Source: Dictyostelium discoideum (taxonomy: Eukaryota). Taken from it: DNA of 64,000 nucleotides. The stretch covers positions 1,664,001-1,728,000 of the forward strand of contig CM000152.2 in assembly GCA_000004695.1 (NCBI GenBank), given 5' to 3'. The position numbers and the translations under genes are program-made. Below the pieces are notes generated by a model. The model was not told the origin of the DNA. It ran no database searches and saw nothing but the letters and a program-made list of their open reading frames with translations. Below, one piece after another: positions 40,066-51,683 of the stretch. Each line of letters opens with the position of its first letter. Position 1 is the first letter of the stretch.

Positions 40066-42006
40066 ATTAGTTTTTTATGTGACTTTAATTTATTATTTGT
40101 AATATTTGAATTAATGAATATAAGTAAATTATTTAAAGAAAAGACATCAACATCACAGTCAAAAGTTAAATTTAAAAAATCAAAAGAGATTGATTTCTTT
40201 TTAGAGTATTTTACAAAGATTATAAAAGTTTTATGTAAAGAGGTAGTTTCATCATCATCATCATCAAATAATAATAATCCAGATGAAATTAATAATACAT
40301 TGGGATTAATTGATACTTATCTTAGTACTTTCTATGGATTTTTAAGTGAAGATAAATTAGATCAAGTTATAACACCTCCAGCTATTGAATGTAAAGGTTC
40401 TCATATGAATTCAATTATTGCAATAATGAAAAAATTCGATTCAATCATACCTTCTGAAGTCATTGCTGATACAAATGATATTTCAATTAATATCTCTTAT
40501 TCAATTTTAGATTTAGATCCACCTTTAGATGGTTTCTTAGATCAAAATCCAATAACTTCTTCTTCATTGTCAACAATACAACAACAACAACAACAACAAC
40601 AACTTGGAAATAGTAGTAACAATAATAATTATAACAATAATAATAATAATGATACTAGTGGTAATGGTTCAGTAATATTTAAATATTCACCAAAGAGTAC
40701 TGAATATATGGGAATTGTTCATGATATTATCACAAGAATACCAATTGCACCAAGAATTGATAAACCATACAAAAAATGTATTAGATGTCATAGAATTACT
40801 GTGATGTTACGTACCTCTATGTTTTGGTCTGATCGTTGGTCAATGGCTTGTCCAATTTGTGGTGGAAAATGGAAATCTTATCAATCTTCCTCTTCTTCAT
40901 ATTCTTCTTCCTCCAATACTCATGATATTGGTGCTCCTATTCAACAACCTCAATCACAACCGCAATTGAATCCACCACAATCCCAAACTCAAAATCAAGC
41001 ACAAACACAATCCCAAACTCAAAACCAAAACCAACCACAAACTCAATCACAAACACAAACTCAACCACAGACACAGACACAACCCCAAACACAAACTCAA
41101 CCACAGATCCAATCGCAACAAACTCCACAATCACAAATACAAACTCAAACTCAACCACAAAACCAAACTCAATCACAAAATCAACCACAGATCCAATCGC
41201 AACAAACTCCACAATCACAAACACAAACCCAACAATCACAAAACCAACAAACCCAAAATCAAAATCAAAATCAAAACCAAAATCAAAACCAAAACCAAAA
41301 CCAACAAAACCAAAACCAAAACCAACAAAACCAAAACCAACAAAACCAAAATCAACTAAATCAAAACCAACAAAATCAAAACCAACAAAATCAAAACCAA
41401 CAAAATCAAAACCAACAAAATCAAAATCAAAACCAAAACCAAAACCAAAACCAAAACCAAAACCAAAACCAAAACCAATATCAAAATCAGAATCAAAACC
41501 AAAATCAAAATCAAAATCAAAATCAAAATCAAAATCAAAATCAAAATCAAAATCAAAATCAAAATCAAAATCAAAATCAAAATCAAAATCAAAACCAAAA
41601 TCAACAAAGCCAACAACTTCAACAGCAACTTTTACAACAACAACTACAGCAGCAACAACTTCAACAGCAACTATTACAACAGCAACAACAACAACAACTA
41701 CAACAACAACAACTACAACAACAACAAATACTACTTCAACAACAGCAACAACAACAAAATCAACAAACACCTCAACAAAACCAACAAACACCTCAACAAC
41801 ATCCACCGACACCACAATCACATATTAATCAACAGAACTTGAACCACACCCCACAACAACATCAAGAACCTGTTCATACTCCACAACAACATCCACCAAC
41901 ACCACANNNNNNNNNNNNNNNNNNNNNNNNNNNNNNNNNNNNNNNNNNNNNNNNNNNNNNNNNNNNNNNNNNNNNNNNNNNNNNNNNNNNNNNNNNNNNN
42001 NNNNNN

Positions 42007-42054
<48 letters not shown>

Positions 42055-43306
42055 GGCTGCTTTACTACTACAACAGCAACAACAGCAAGCTGCTCAACAA
42101 GCCGCTTTACTTCAACAGCAACAACAACAACAAGCTGCTCAACAAGCTGCTGCTCAACAAGCTGCTCAACAAGCTCAGCAAGCTGCTTTACTTCAACAAC
42201 AACAACAAGCTGCTCAACAAGCTCAGCAAGCCGCTTTACTTCAACAACAACAACAAGCTGCCCAACAAGCCCTGCTCCAACAAAAACAACAAGCTGCTGC
42301 TCAACAAGCTCTACTCCAGCAACAACATCAACAAATTCAAAATATGAAAAATCAACAAGCAACTTCACCTCAATCACCATTATCAGGAGTACCACACCAT
42401 AATCAAATTACCCTACAACAACAACAACTACTACAACAACAACAACTACAACAACAGCAGCAAGCCCAGCAACAGCAACAACAGCAACAACAACCTAATC
42501 AACAAATGAGTCAAGGACAACATCCAGTCCCTCAACCAAATCAATTTGCAATGGCAAAACCACCAATTCAAAATCCACAACCCCATTTAATACCAAACCC
42601 ACAACAACCATCCGTACCAAATCCTCATGGCGCCAGTGTCGCTTCACCCCAAACCCCTTCTACAATTCAACAACATTTCCAAAAGAATCATGCTGCGCTT
42701 GCTCAAAATAATGCAAATATCAACACAAACTCACAACAACAAGCGGCACTTAAACAACAGGCTACAAACATTTCATTACAAATCTCTCAGCAACAACAAG
42801 GAAGTCCTCAACAATTGCAATTAATGCAACAACAACAAATGGTACTTTCCCAAATTACTCAATTGCAGCAACAACACACTAAACTTACTCAAACCCATAA
42901 TTATCTTCAACAACAAACTCAATTTCTTATTCAACAATTACAGTTACATCAACAACAACAACAACAACCACAACAACAAAACCAACAACAACAGCAACAA
43001 AACCAACCACAACAGCAACCACAACCACAACCACAACCTCAACCACAACCACAACCACAACCACAACCACAACCACAACCACAACCACCACAACAACAAA
43101 ACCAAAACCAACCACAACAGCAACCAAACCAACCAAACCAACAAATAACAAATCAACAAGTAAATCAACAACAGAATCAACAAATGTCTTTGAATGCTTT
43201 ATTACAACAGTTGCAACAACTTCAACAACTAAGCCAACAAGGTCAATTAACACCACAACAAATTCAACTACAGCAACAAATTATATCACAACTACAACAG
43301 AATTAA
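40066..43306 (+). CDS. med16: MED16 exon 4 of 4. Contains the C-terminal zinc-binding motif, a huge QN/QTQ repeat array, the 100-N gap at 41907..42006 and a poly-Q tail. The 3' end is uncertain.
   Basis: [33 protein letters not shown] matches human [30 protein letters not shown]. After the gap the coding frame is the CAA(Q) frame (ORF 42344..43306), not the poly-T frame printed in the track. A stop TAA at 43304 is followed by a further open CAA-rich frame to 44044. Confidence 0.55.
41255..41600 (+). repeat. Tandem hexanucleotide array (CAAAAC/CAAAAT)n, ~55 units, encoding a (QN)n tract of ~110 residues inside MED16.
   Basis: Visible as caaaatcaaaaccaaaac... repeated without interruption. Translation in the coding frame is NQNQNQ. 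Confidence 0.9.
41907..42006. other. Assembly gap (100 N) inside the MED16 terminal exon, within a CAA/CCA repeat region.
   Basis: A run of exactly 100 n characters. The reading frame across it is therefore arbitrary. Confidence 0.95.
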
Positions 43307-44173
43307 ATTCAGCAACACCAACGCCAACAACTAAATCAACAACAACAACAAAATCAACAACAAAATCAACAACAAAATCAACAACAAAATCAACAACAAA
43401 ATCATCAAAATCAACAAAATCATCCAAAAACCCAACCACAACAAAATCAAAATCAAAATCAACAATTCCAACAAAATCAACAAAATCAAAATCAACAAAA
43501 TCAACAAAATCAACAAAATCAACAAAATCAACAAAATCAACAAATAAATCAACAATTAAACCAACAACAGCAGTTTTTTCAAATGATACAAAATCTTAGA
43601 ACAACTGACCCACAGCGTTATGAGCAATTGAGACAGCAACAATTACAATTACAACAACAGCAACAACAGCAACAACAACAGCAACCACAACAACCACAAC
43701 CTCAACAACCACAACAACCACAACAACCACAACAACCACAACAACCTCAACAACCACAACAGCAACCTCAACAAAACCAAGTTCCCCAACAATTCCAACA
43801 GTTCCGTCCACAGCAACTCACTGTTCAACAAATACAACAGTTGCAGCAATTTCAACAACAACAGCAACAGCAACAACACCAACCAACCCAACAACAATTT
43901 CAATTAACTCCTCAACAAATCCAACAATTCCAACAACTAAATCCACAACAAGCTTTTCAATTACAACAACAATTGCAACAACAACAGTTGCAACAGCAAC
44001 AACAACAACAACAACAACAACAACAAAACCAAAATCCACAATAATAAAAGTGTACATAAATTATTTATTCATTCTATTGATTATTAATAAATAAAAATAA
44101 AATTAAAAAGACTGAGAATCTATTTTTGTTTTAAATAATATTATTTTTTTTTATTTTATATTAAAAAAAGAAA

Positions 44174-46150
44174 TTAATGTAAAAGTTTTCTTAAAACATA
44201 AGATAAGATACCATTATTTGCCCAATATTCAACTTCGATTGGAGTATCGAAACGAAGGATAGTTTCAAAAGATTTACCACAATTAGTGGTAACCTTTACG
44301 GTTTGACCAGTTTTAATGAGGGATTTATCAGTTGGTAACTCGATATTGAATTGTTCTTTACCAGTGAGACCCAAAGTAGAGGCATTTTGACCTGGTTGGA
44401 ATTGCAATGGGATAATACCCATACCAACGAGATTGGATCTATGAATACGTTCAAATGAGATGGCAATGACACACTTAATTCCTTGAAGGTATGGACCTTT
44501 GGCAGCCCAATCTCTAGAACTACCAGAGCCATAATCACTACCAGCCAAAACAATGAGTTGATGACCTTCTGATTGATATTTTTCTGCAGCATCTGAAATA
44601 AACATTAACTCACCAGTTGGTACATAGGTTGTTTGTGGACCAACGGCTGGAGCCAATTTATTAACAATACGAGTATTGGCAAAGGTACCTCTAACCATAA
44701 TTTCATCATTACCTCTACGAGATCCATAGGTGTTAAAATCTTCTGGTTTTACACCTTTGGACTCTAAATAACGAGCGGCTGATGATTTTCTATTGATGTT
44801 ACCGGCTGGTGAAATATGATCAGTGGTAATACTATCACCAAGATTCAAAAGACAATAAGCATTTGTAATGGCAGGTCTCTTTGAAACGGTTAATTCCATA
44901 GTCTTAAAGAATGGTGGATTATGGATATAAGTTGATTTTTCATCCCATGGGTAAAGTAAACCAGTTGGTACCTTTAATTCATTCCAACTTTTATTACCAT
45001 CGTTTACATTTGAATAAACTCTTTCATACATATCTGGAAGAACACTTGATTTAATGGTTTGTTGAATCAAATCTTTTGATGGCCAAATATCACGAAGGAA
45101 TACTGGTTGACCAGTTTTTTTAGAGACACCCAATGGAGTGGTTTCAAAATCGATATCAACAGTACCAGCCAATGCATAAGCAACTACCAATGGTGGGGAA
45201 GCTAAATAATTGGCTCTAAGGAGTGGATGAATACGACCTTCGAAATTACGATTACCAGAGAGTACACCGGCGACAACCAAATCCTCTTTGGTGATTGCTT
45301 CTGCGAGTGGTTCGGCCAATTCACCACTATTACCTATACAAGTCATACAACCGTAACCAGTTAAATCGAAACCCAACTTATTAAGTGGTTCTTGAAGGCC
45401 ACTATGAGAAAAGTATTCAGTGACAACACCAGAACCTGGTGATAAACTAGTTTTAATGTATGGAGCAACCTCTAAACCATGTTCAACAGCATTCTTTGCT
45501 AATAAACCTGCACCCAACATTACTGATGGATTACTTGTATTGGTACAACTTGTAATTGCTGCAATGGTAACTGCACCATGACCAATGGTATATTGTTTAT
45601 CTTTGAATGTGAAAGTTGCTTTCTTTTGAATTTGATCAGCAGTTAAACCAAAACCTTTAAAACCTACTGGTGATGAGAGACAACTATTGAAATCTTGTTT
45701 CATTGAATTGAGTGAGATACGATCATGTGGTCTCTTTGGTCCTGATAAACTTGGTACAACGGTTGATAAATCCAATTCCATAGTGGTGGTAAAGATTGGA
45801 TGTGATTGTGACTTATAGTTACACATTAAACCTTGTGATGATAAATAGTTTTTAATATATTCAATCTTTGTATTTGAACGACCAGTTGAGGCTAAATAAT
45901 CAATAGTATTCTCATCAGCTGGAAAGAAACCCATAGTTGCTCCATACTCTGGTGCCATATTTGAAATGGTTGCTCTATCTTGAACTGATAATGTTGATAC
46001 ACCTTCACCATAAAATTCTACAAATTTACCAACTACACCTTTCTTTCTTAATTCATTGGTAACTGTTAAAACTAAATCAGTTGCTGTTGCAATATCTGGT
46101 AATTTACCTACAAATTTATATCCAACAACTTCTGGTAATACCATTGACAT
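44174..46150 (-). CDS. Aconitate hydratase, cytosolic IRP1-type (ACO1 family), exon 5 of 5.
   Basis: [13 protein letters not shown] (human ISMVLPQVIGY) onwards, including domains 3 and 4 with SGNRNFEGR and [12 protein letters not shown] motifs. Confidence 0.85.
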   Translation of the reverse strand: MSMVLPEVVGYKFVGKLPDIATATDLVLTVTNELRKKGVVGKFVEFYGEGVSTLSVQDRATISNMAPEYGATMGFFPADENTIDYLASTGRSNTKIEYIKNYLSSQGLMCNYKSQSHPIFTTTMELDLSTVVPSLSGPKRPHDRISLNSMKQDFNSCLSSPVGFKGFGLTADQIQKKATFTFKDKQYTIGHGAVTIAAITSCTNTSNPSVMLGAGLLAKNAVEHGLEVAPYIKTSLSPGSGVVTEYFSHSGLQEPLNKLGFDLTGYGCMTCIGNSGELAEPLAEAITKEDLVVAGVLSGNRNFEGRIHPLLRANYLASPPLVVAYALAGTVDIDFETTPLGVSKKTGQPVFLRDIWPSKDLIQQTIKSSVLPDMYERVYSNVNDGNKSWNELKVPTGLLYPWDEKSTYIHNPPFFKTMELTVSKRPAITNAYCLLNLGDSITTDHISPAGNINRKSSAARYLESKGVKPEDFNTYGSRRGNDEIMVRGTFANTRIVNKLAPAVGPQTTYVPTGELMFISDAAEKYQSEGHQLIVLAGSDYGSGSSRDWAAKGPYLQGIKCVIAISFERIHRSNLVGMGIIPLQFQPGQNASTLGLTGKEQFNIELPTDKSLIKTGQTVKVTTNCGKSFETILRFDTPIEVEYWANNGILSYVLRKLLH

Positions 46151-46229
46151 CTAATAATAAAAAAAAAAAAAATTAATAAATTTTATAAATAAAATTATAT
46201 AAAAATGAAATTTTATTTATAAAACTTAC

Positions 46230-46530
46230 TGGTTGACCAAGCATAACAGCTTCAGCTTCAATACCACCAACACCCCAACCACAAACACCTAAACCATTAA
46301 TCATTGTTGTATGAGAATCAGTACCAACAACACTATCCGGATATAAGAGGTTACCAGTTCCATTCATAACTTCTCTTGCAATATACTCTAAATTTACTTG
46401 ATGTACAATACCACTTCCAGGTGGAGCAATAAATAATCCATCAAATGCTTGAGCACCCCATTTTAAAAATGAAAATCTTTCATGATTTCTATGGAATTCA
46501 ATCTTTTGATTTTGCTCTAAAGCATCAACA
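46230..46530 (-). CDS. Aconitase exon 4 of 5.
   Basis: [29 protein letters not shown]...[21 protein letters not shown]...[14 protein letters not shown]...AVMLGQP. GTAAGT donor 46229->46224, acceptor AG 46532-46531. Confidence 0.8.
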
Positions 46531-46613
46531 CTTTTTTTTTTTTATATAATTTTTGGAAATTGGATATGTTAGTTTTTTAATATTAAAAAAAAAAAAAAAA
46601 AAGAAAAACTTAC

Positions 46614-46751
46614 GTTCTTGATACATCAACTTGAACAGAGTGATCAATAACTAAATCAACTGGAACAAGTGGGTTAATTTTTGCTGGATCACCACCTAAT
46701 CTTTTCATGGCATCTCTCATTGCTGCAAGATCAACAACTGCTGGTACACCA
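46614..46751 (-). CDS. Aconitase exon 3 of 5.
   Basis: (T)[46 protein letters not shown] is bounded by an AG acceptor (46753-46752) and a GTAAGT donor (46613->46608). The upstream intron contains a ~45-nt dA:dT tract. Confidence 0.8.
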
Positions 46752-46755
46752 CTTT

Positions 46756-46801
<46 letters not shown>

Positions 46802-46848
46802 TAATTAGATTACCTTTTGAAAATAATAAGGAAAAAAATAATACTTAC

Positions 46849-47014
46849 GTAAAATCTTGTAATAATACTCTTGCTGGTTTGAAAGGAATTTCAACTTTAT
46901 TTGCAGTGTTTTCCCAATTTAAGATATTTTCAACATCTTTTTCGTGTACTTCAAAGTTATCACAATTACGAACTGCTGATTCCAAAAGAATTCTAATGGA
47001 GTATGGTAATTTTT
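46849..47014 (-). CDS. Aconitase exon 2 of 5.
   Basis: [56 protein letters not shown] matches the human ACO1 N-terminus. Acceptor TTATAG, donor GTAAGT (46848->46843). Confidence 0.8.
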
Positions 47015-47158
47015 CTATAAATAAGAAAAAATAAAAAATAAAAAAATTATAATAAAAATAATTATAATAATAATAAAAATAAAAAAAAAATTTATTAATT
47101 TACTTTTTTTTTTATTTTTTATTTATTTCTTTAATTTTTTTAAAATAAAAAAAATTAC

Positions 47159-47261
47159 CAATTCTTGGGTCTTGAAGTTTTGAAAGATTATAAAAATTAT
47201 AAGTTTGATCTTGTGATTTTAATACATCCTTTACTTTATCAAATGGATTATTTGTTGTCAT
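47159..47261 (-). CDS. Aconitase exon 1 of 5 (MTTNNPFDKVKDVLKSQDQTYNFYNLSKLQDPRI + G), phase-1 GTAATT donor.
   Basis: ATG at 47261. The junction ...[12 protein letters not shown] reproduces the human ACO1 YGRLPFSIRV. The five exons total 895 codons. Confidence 0.7.
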
Positions 47262-47867
47262 CTTTAAGTAATAAGGTAATTTATATAAATTAAAATTAAT
47301 AAAAAAAAAAAAAAAAAAATTTTAAAAAAAAAAAAATAATTATTAAATTGAAAAAAAAAAAAAAAAAAAAAATGAAAAAAAAAAATAATTATTAAATTGA
47401 AAAAAAAAAAAAAAAAAAAAAAATGATGTGATTTATGTCAAAAAAAGGTTAAATTTGAAAAATGAAATTTAAAAAATTTAATTTAATTTTTTTTTGATTT
47501 TTTTTGGATTTTTTTTTTATTGAGTGTATTTTTCACTATTATGGTAATAATCTAATTTATAATTATTTTATTTTAATTTTGTTTTCTTATTTCATTATTA
47601 TTTTTTTATTACTACTTTTATCATTATTATTATTATTTTTTTTTTTTTATTTTGTTTGTATGTGCAAATATAAAAATTTCGTGTTAAAATTTAAAAAAAA
47701 TAAAAATCTAAATTTTACCACTGTACAATATTTTTTAATTATTATTCAAATTGTTTATTGGTATTTTTATTTTTTTTTTTTTTTTTTTTATTATCTATTT
47801 TTTAAATTTTTCTATATATATATTTTTTTTATTTTTATTTTTAATTTTATTTTTATTTTTAATTTCA

Positions 47868-47900
<33 letters not shown>

Positions 47901-47903
47901 GAA

Positions 47904-48440
47904 ATGAATAATAATAAAATTAAAATATCAATAATTTCATTTCTTATAATTTTGAATTTTTTATACTTTCCTTTTGAAAATAATAATAATATAAATATAC
48001 ATTACTATAATTACTTTTATAAAAATCAAAATAATAATAATAATAATAATTTTTATAATAATAATTATAATAATAATCTAGAGAAACCATTGAAAATATT
48101 TTTAATTCCAGATTCATTTAATTCATTATCAATCAATTTTAGTTGTATTTCAATAGATTCAAATAAATTAAAAATAAAAAATGAGGAAACCATTATAATT
48201 TTTGTGGAATATTTAAAACAATTATCAGAATTAAAAAAATCAAATCAATTGATTATACCTATAAATGAAAAATCAAATAATATTATATTAAATACTAAAC
48301 AAAGAAAACAACAATATGATTGGTTAATTTCACAAATCTTTGAAAATAAACAAATTTTCAATATTAAATATATAATCTACATTCAAACACTTGATGAAAT
48401 AATAAAAAATAAAAATTCATTGAAAATAGATATTATTTAA
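47904..48440 (+). CDS. Hypothetical small protein with an N-terminal hydrophobic segment (178 aa), N/K-rich.
   Basis: ORF only. The N-terminal signal/TM-like stretch is ISIISFLIILNFLYF. No recognisable domain. Confidence 0.25.
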   Translation: MNNNKIKISIISFLIILNFLYFPFENNNNINIHYYNYFYKNQNNNNNNNFYNNNYNNNLEKPLKIFLIPDSFNSLSINFSCISIDSNKLKIKNEETIIIFVEYLKQLSELKKSNQLIIPINEKSNNIILNTKQRKQQYDWLISQIFENKQIFNIKYIIYIQTLDEIIKNKNSLKIDII

Positions 48441-48572
48441 TCTTTTATTTTTTTTTTTTATTTTAAAAAAAAACGAAACTCTTTTTTAGGAAAAAAAAAA
48501 AAAAAGATTTAAATGTGTGAAAATAATTTATTATTTTAAATATTATTTGTGAAAAAAAAGGGGGTAATAAAA

Positions 48573-49439
48573 TTAAGAACAATAAAGATATTTATAATAA
48601 GCAATTTGATCATTACTATTAGTTACTGTGAATGGTTTATCTTGCTTTTCCAATTTAATTATTTGTTGTTTTTCATTTTCTGGTTTTGACCAACCCTCAC
48701 CAGTGTATGAACCAGTTGAGCCGCCAGATGTAGCACATGAGCTACCAGAAGTGCAACAAGTTGGACAAATGGAAGTGATACTAGAATCACCGCTGGTATT
48801 ATAGAATGGTTGGGTTGCAAAACAATGTGGTTGGTTTTGTGATGGTGGTGGATTGCATTCTGATGGATAGTCGGCACAAAATTGAGTGACTGGGAAATGT
48901 GTATTTGGATCGCAATAGTAGAGATAGGAAGATAGGTTTTTAAACAATCTAGTATCATTGAGATAGTATTCCAATGCGACAATGTTATTTGGTGAGCATT
49001 GTTCTCCCATATAAGTGTAAATAAAACTATTTTGTGCAATGTATGGGGTTGATGATGTTGTCAATTTATAGTAAAATGGGGTGTTTGTCTTACCAGAATT
49101 CATGTTAATATAAACAGTGCTTGATTGAATACATGAATTAACTGGATATGAAACAGATGGTGAATTTGGCAATGTACAAGTTTCACCTTCATAATAGTTA
49201 TTTTCATAACTTCCCCATGAAACTTCACCACTATCAACAGTAAATAAGAAATTATTAATATAATCTAGTGTTGTACAAGTTTTAGTTGCCATTGAATAAC
49301 CAAATCCATTTAATGCGGGTGTTAAGCATTCGGAATCACTAAATGCAACAAAGTTTACATATTCATCGGAAATTTGGGTGGATCTAGTTAACCCAATTAA
49401 TGATAGAGATAAAATTATTAAACATAAATTTAATTTCAT
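48573..49439 (-). CDS. Secreted cysteine-rich protein (~288 aa; likely start MKLNLCLIILSLSLIGLT at 49439).
   Basis: A signal peptide is followed by many spaced Cys residues and a C-terminal CPTCCTSGSSCATSGGS cluster. The annotated ORF extends upstream through a poly-F artefact. Confidence 0.4.
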   Translation of the reverse strand: MKLNLCLIILSLSLIGLTRSTQISDEYVNFVAFSDSECLTPALNGFGYSMATKTCTTLDYINNFLFTVDSGEVSWGSYENNYYEGETCTLPNSPSVSYPVNSCIQSSTVYINMNSGKTNTPFYYKLTTSSTPYIAQNSFIYTYMGEQCSPNNIVALEYYLNDTRLFKNLSSYLYYCDPNTHFPVTQFCADYPSECNPPPSQNQPHCFATQPFYNTSGDSSITSICPTCCTSGSSCATSGGSTGSYTGEGWSKPENEKQQIIKLEKQDKPFTVTNSNDQIAYYKYLYCS

Positions 49440-49526
49440 TTTTGTTTTAAAAATTAAAAAATAAAAAAAAAAATAAAAAAAAGAATTGGATTTAAGGACA
49501 ATTTTTTTTTTTTTTTTATTGGTTTT

Positions 49527-49564
<38 letters not shown>

Positions 49565-50082
49565 AATTTACCATTTTTTTTCTGCATATGCTCGGAAAAA
49601 ACTAAAATCTTTTTTTTTTTTTTTTAAAAAAGAAGTGGGTTAATAAACGAATTACCTCGTTGGAATTGAAAACCAACCTAAAAAAAAAAAAAGATATTTT
49701 TTAAAATTGAAAAGTAATTTCTAATTTCAATAAAAAAAATAAAAAAAATAAAAAAATAAAAAAAATTTTTTAATGATTTCGGGAATTTGGATTGATATTT
49801 TAAGATTTTTTTTCTACTAAAAAAAACCAGGTTTAAAAAAAAAAAAAAAAAACACCAGCAAAATGATCGTTCACATAAAAAAAAGTTTTTACTTTTTTTT
49901 TTAACCACAAAAAAAAAAAAAAAAAAAAAAAATAATAAAAAAAAAAAAAAAAAAAATTCTGCACACGGCCATATAATCATTTTGTTTTTATTTATTTTTA
50001 TTTTTTTTAAAAAAAAACCTTTTTATTGATTTTTTGAATTGAGCTTTCGAGGGTTAAACTGAAAAAGGAAAAGTATTTATTA

Positions 50083-50141
<59 letters not shown>

Positions 50142-50495
50142 AAAATAGCTTCAATTTATTTATTTTATAAATCATTGAATAGTATTTTTTTTTTTTTTTT
50201 TTGTTCTTTATTTTCTTCTAGTTTTGACCTTCACTAGATAAAACTAGTGCCACTTTTAGAATTATAGGCTACTGACACAGTATTGTAATGCAATAATATG
50301 GTTTTTTGAACATTATTCTCTTAGTTTTATAAATTTTTTAATATCTTTGATAGAATGTATGGTGTTGATGATGATGAAGTTGCTTATATAAATCCTTTCA
50401 TTTTTATTTTTTAATACTTTAAAAAGTAAAAATTAAAAAAACCAGTTCGGCAATTTTTATCTCTTTTTTTTTTTTTTTTATTAATTTCCCAAAAT

Positions 50496-50526
<31 letters not shown>

Positions 50527-50880
50527 CAAATTTTTTTTTTTTTATTTTTTTTGCATAAATAGCGTCCAAAAAATTTTAATTTTTGAGAGACAAAGGTTGA
50601 TTCATATTATCTTTTGTCACCATATATATTTATATATTTTTTTTTTATTTTTTTTTATTTTTTTTTTTTCACTCTTTATTTTTTTATTTTTCAATCTTTA
50701 TTTTTTTTTTATTAATATTTTTCTCTTCTTTTAATTTTTTATTTATTTATTATTTAAATACATAATTTTCAAAAAAAAAAAAAAAAAAAAAAAAAAAATA
50801 AAATAAAATAAAAAAAAAAAGCAACCTTTTTTTGGTTATTTAATATTATAATATTTATTTAAAATTTATCAAATTAAAAT

Positions 50881-51652
50881 ATGGACGAATTGGATGAATT
50901 ATTGTCAAATCCAAACGTAAATGTAGATGATGAAAAGTACAAACAAATTCACAATCTTTTTAGCTCACCCCAACCNNNNNNNNNNNNNNNNNNNNNNNNN
51001 NNNNNNNNNNNNNNNNNNNNNNNNNNNNNNNNNNNNNNNNNNNNNNNNNNNNNNNNNNNNNNNNNNNNNNNNNNNTACACAACAGCCTCAAGCTCAACAG
51101 CAACAACATCAACATCAACAGCAACAACAGCAACAACCACAAGCTCAACAACAACAAGCCCAATCTCAACAACCACAACAACCTCAACAAGCAACACCAA
51201 AACCTCAACCTCAACGTACAGTTATTACTTTAACTCAACAACAACAACAACATTATTTAACATTGACAAATCAACAAGCACAACAACAATATTTACATCA
51301 AATAAGAGCACAACAACAACAGGCCGCTCTACTATTACAACAACAACGTTTACAACAACAACAACAACAACAACAACAGCAAGTACAACAACAGGGTCAA
51401 CCAAACCCACTAATGGGTGGTGCAGCAAAAACTATATATATGTCAACTCAACAAGGTGTTCCACAACCACAACAAAATACTATACAAAAGATGCCTCCAA
51501 ATGTAGGAACAGCCCAAATGAAACCAATGCCACAAAATCAACAAATGTACTCACAACAAACAGGTGTCCAACAACAACAACAACAACAACAACCACAAGT
51601 TATGAATATTGCAAAACCACAACCAACTGTACAACCCCATCCTCAAGCATTA

Positions 51653-51683
<31 letters not shown>

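Noticed and set aside
40937-41821. Long minus-strand ORFs rich in V/F/D/G/L, antisense to CAA/CAAAAT arrays. This one and others at 41356..41628, 41874..42395, 42927..43256, 43596..43903, 43818..44057, 63051..63455, 26178..26369, 27088..27611 and 17007..17300.
   Set aside because: The reverse complement of (CAA)n/(CAAAAC)n is stop-free by construction (TTG/GTT/TTT). Translation is pure poly-V/L/F with no complexity. The sense strand carries well-supported genes (MED16, PIKfyve, beta-adaptin, coiled-coil protein).
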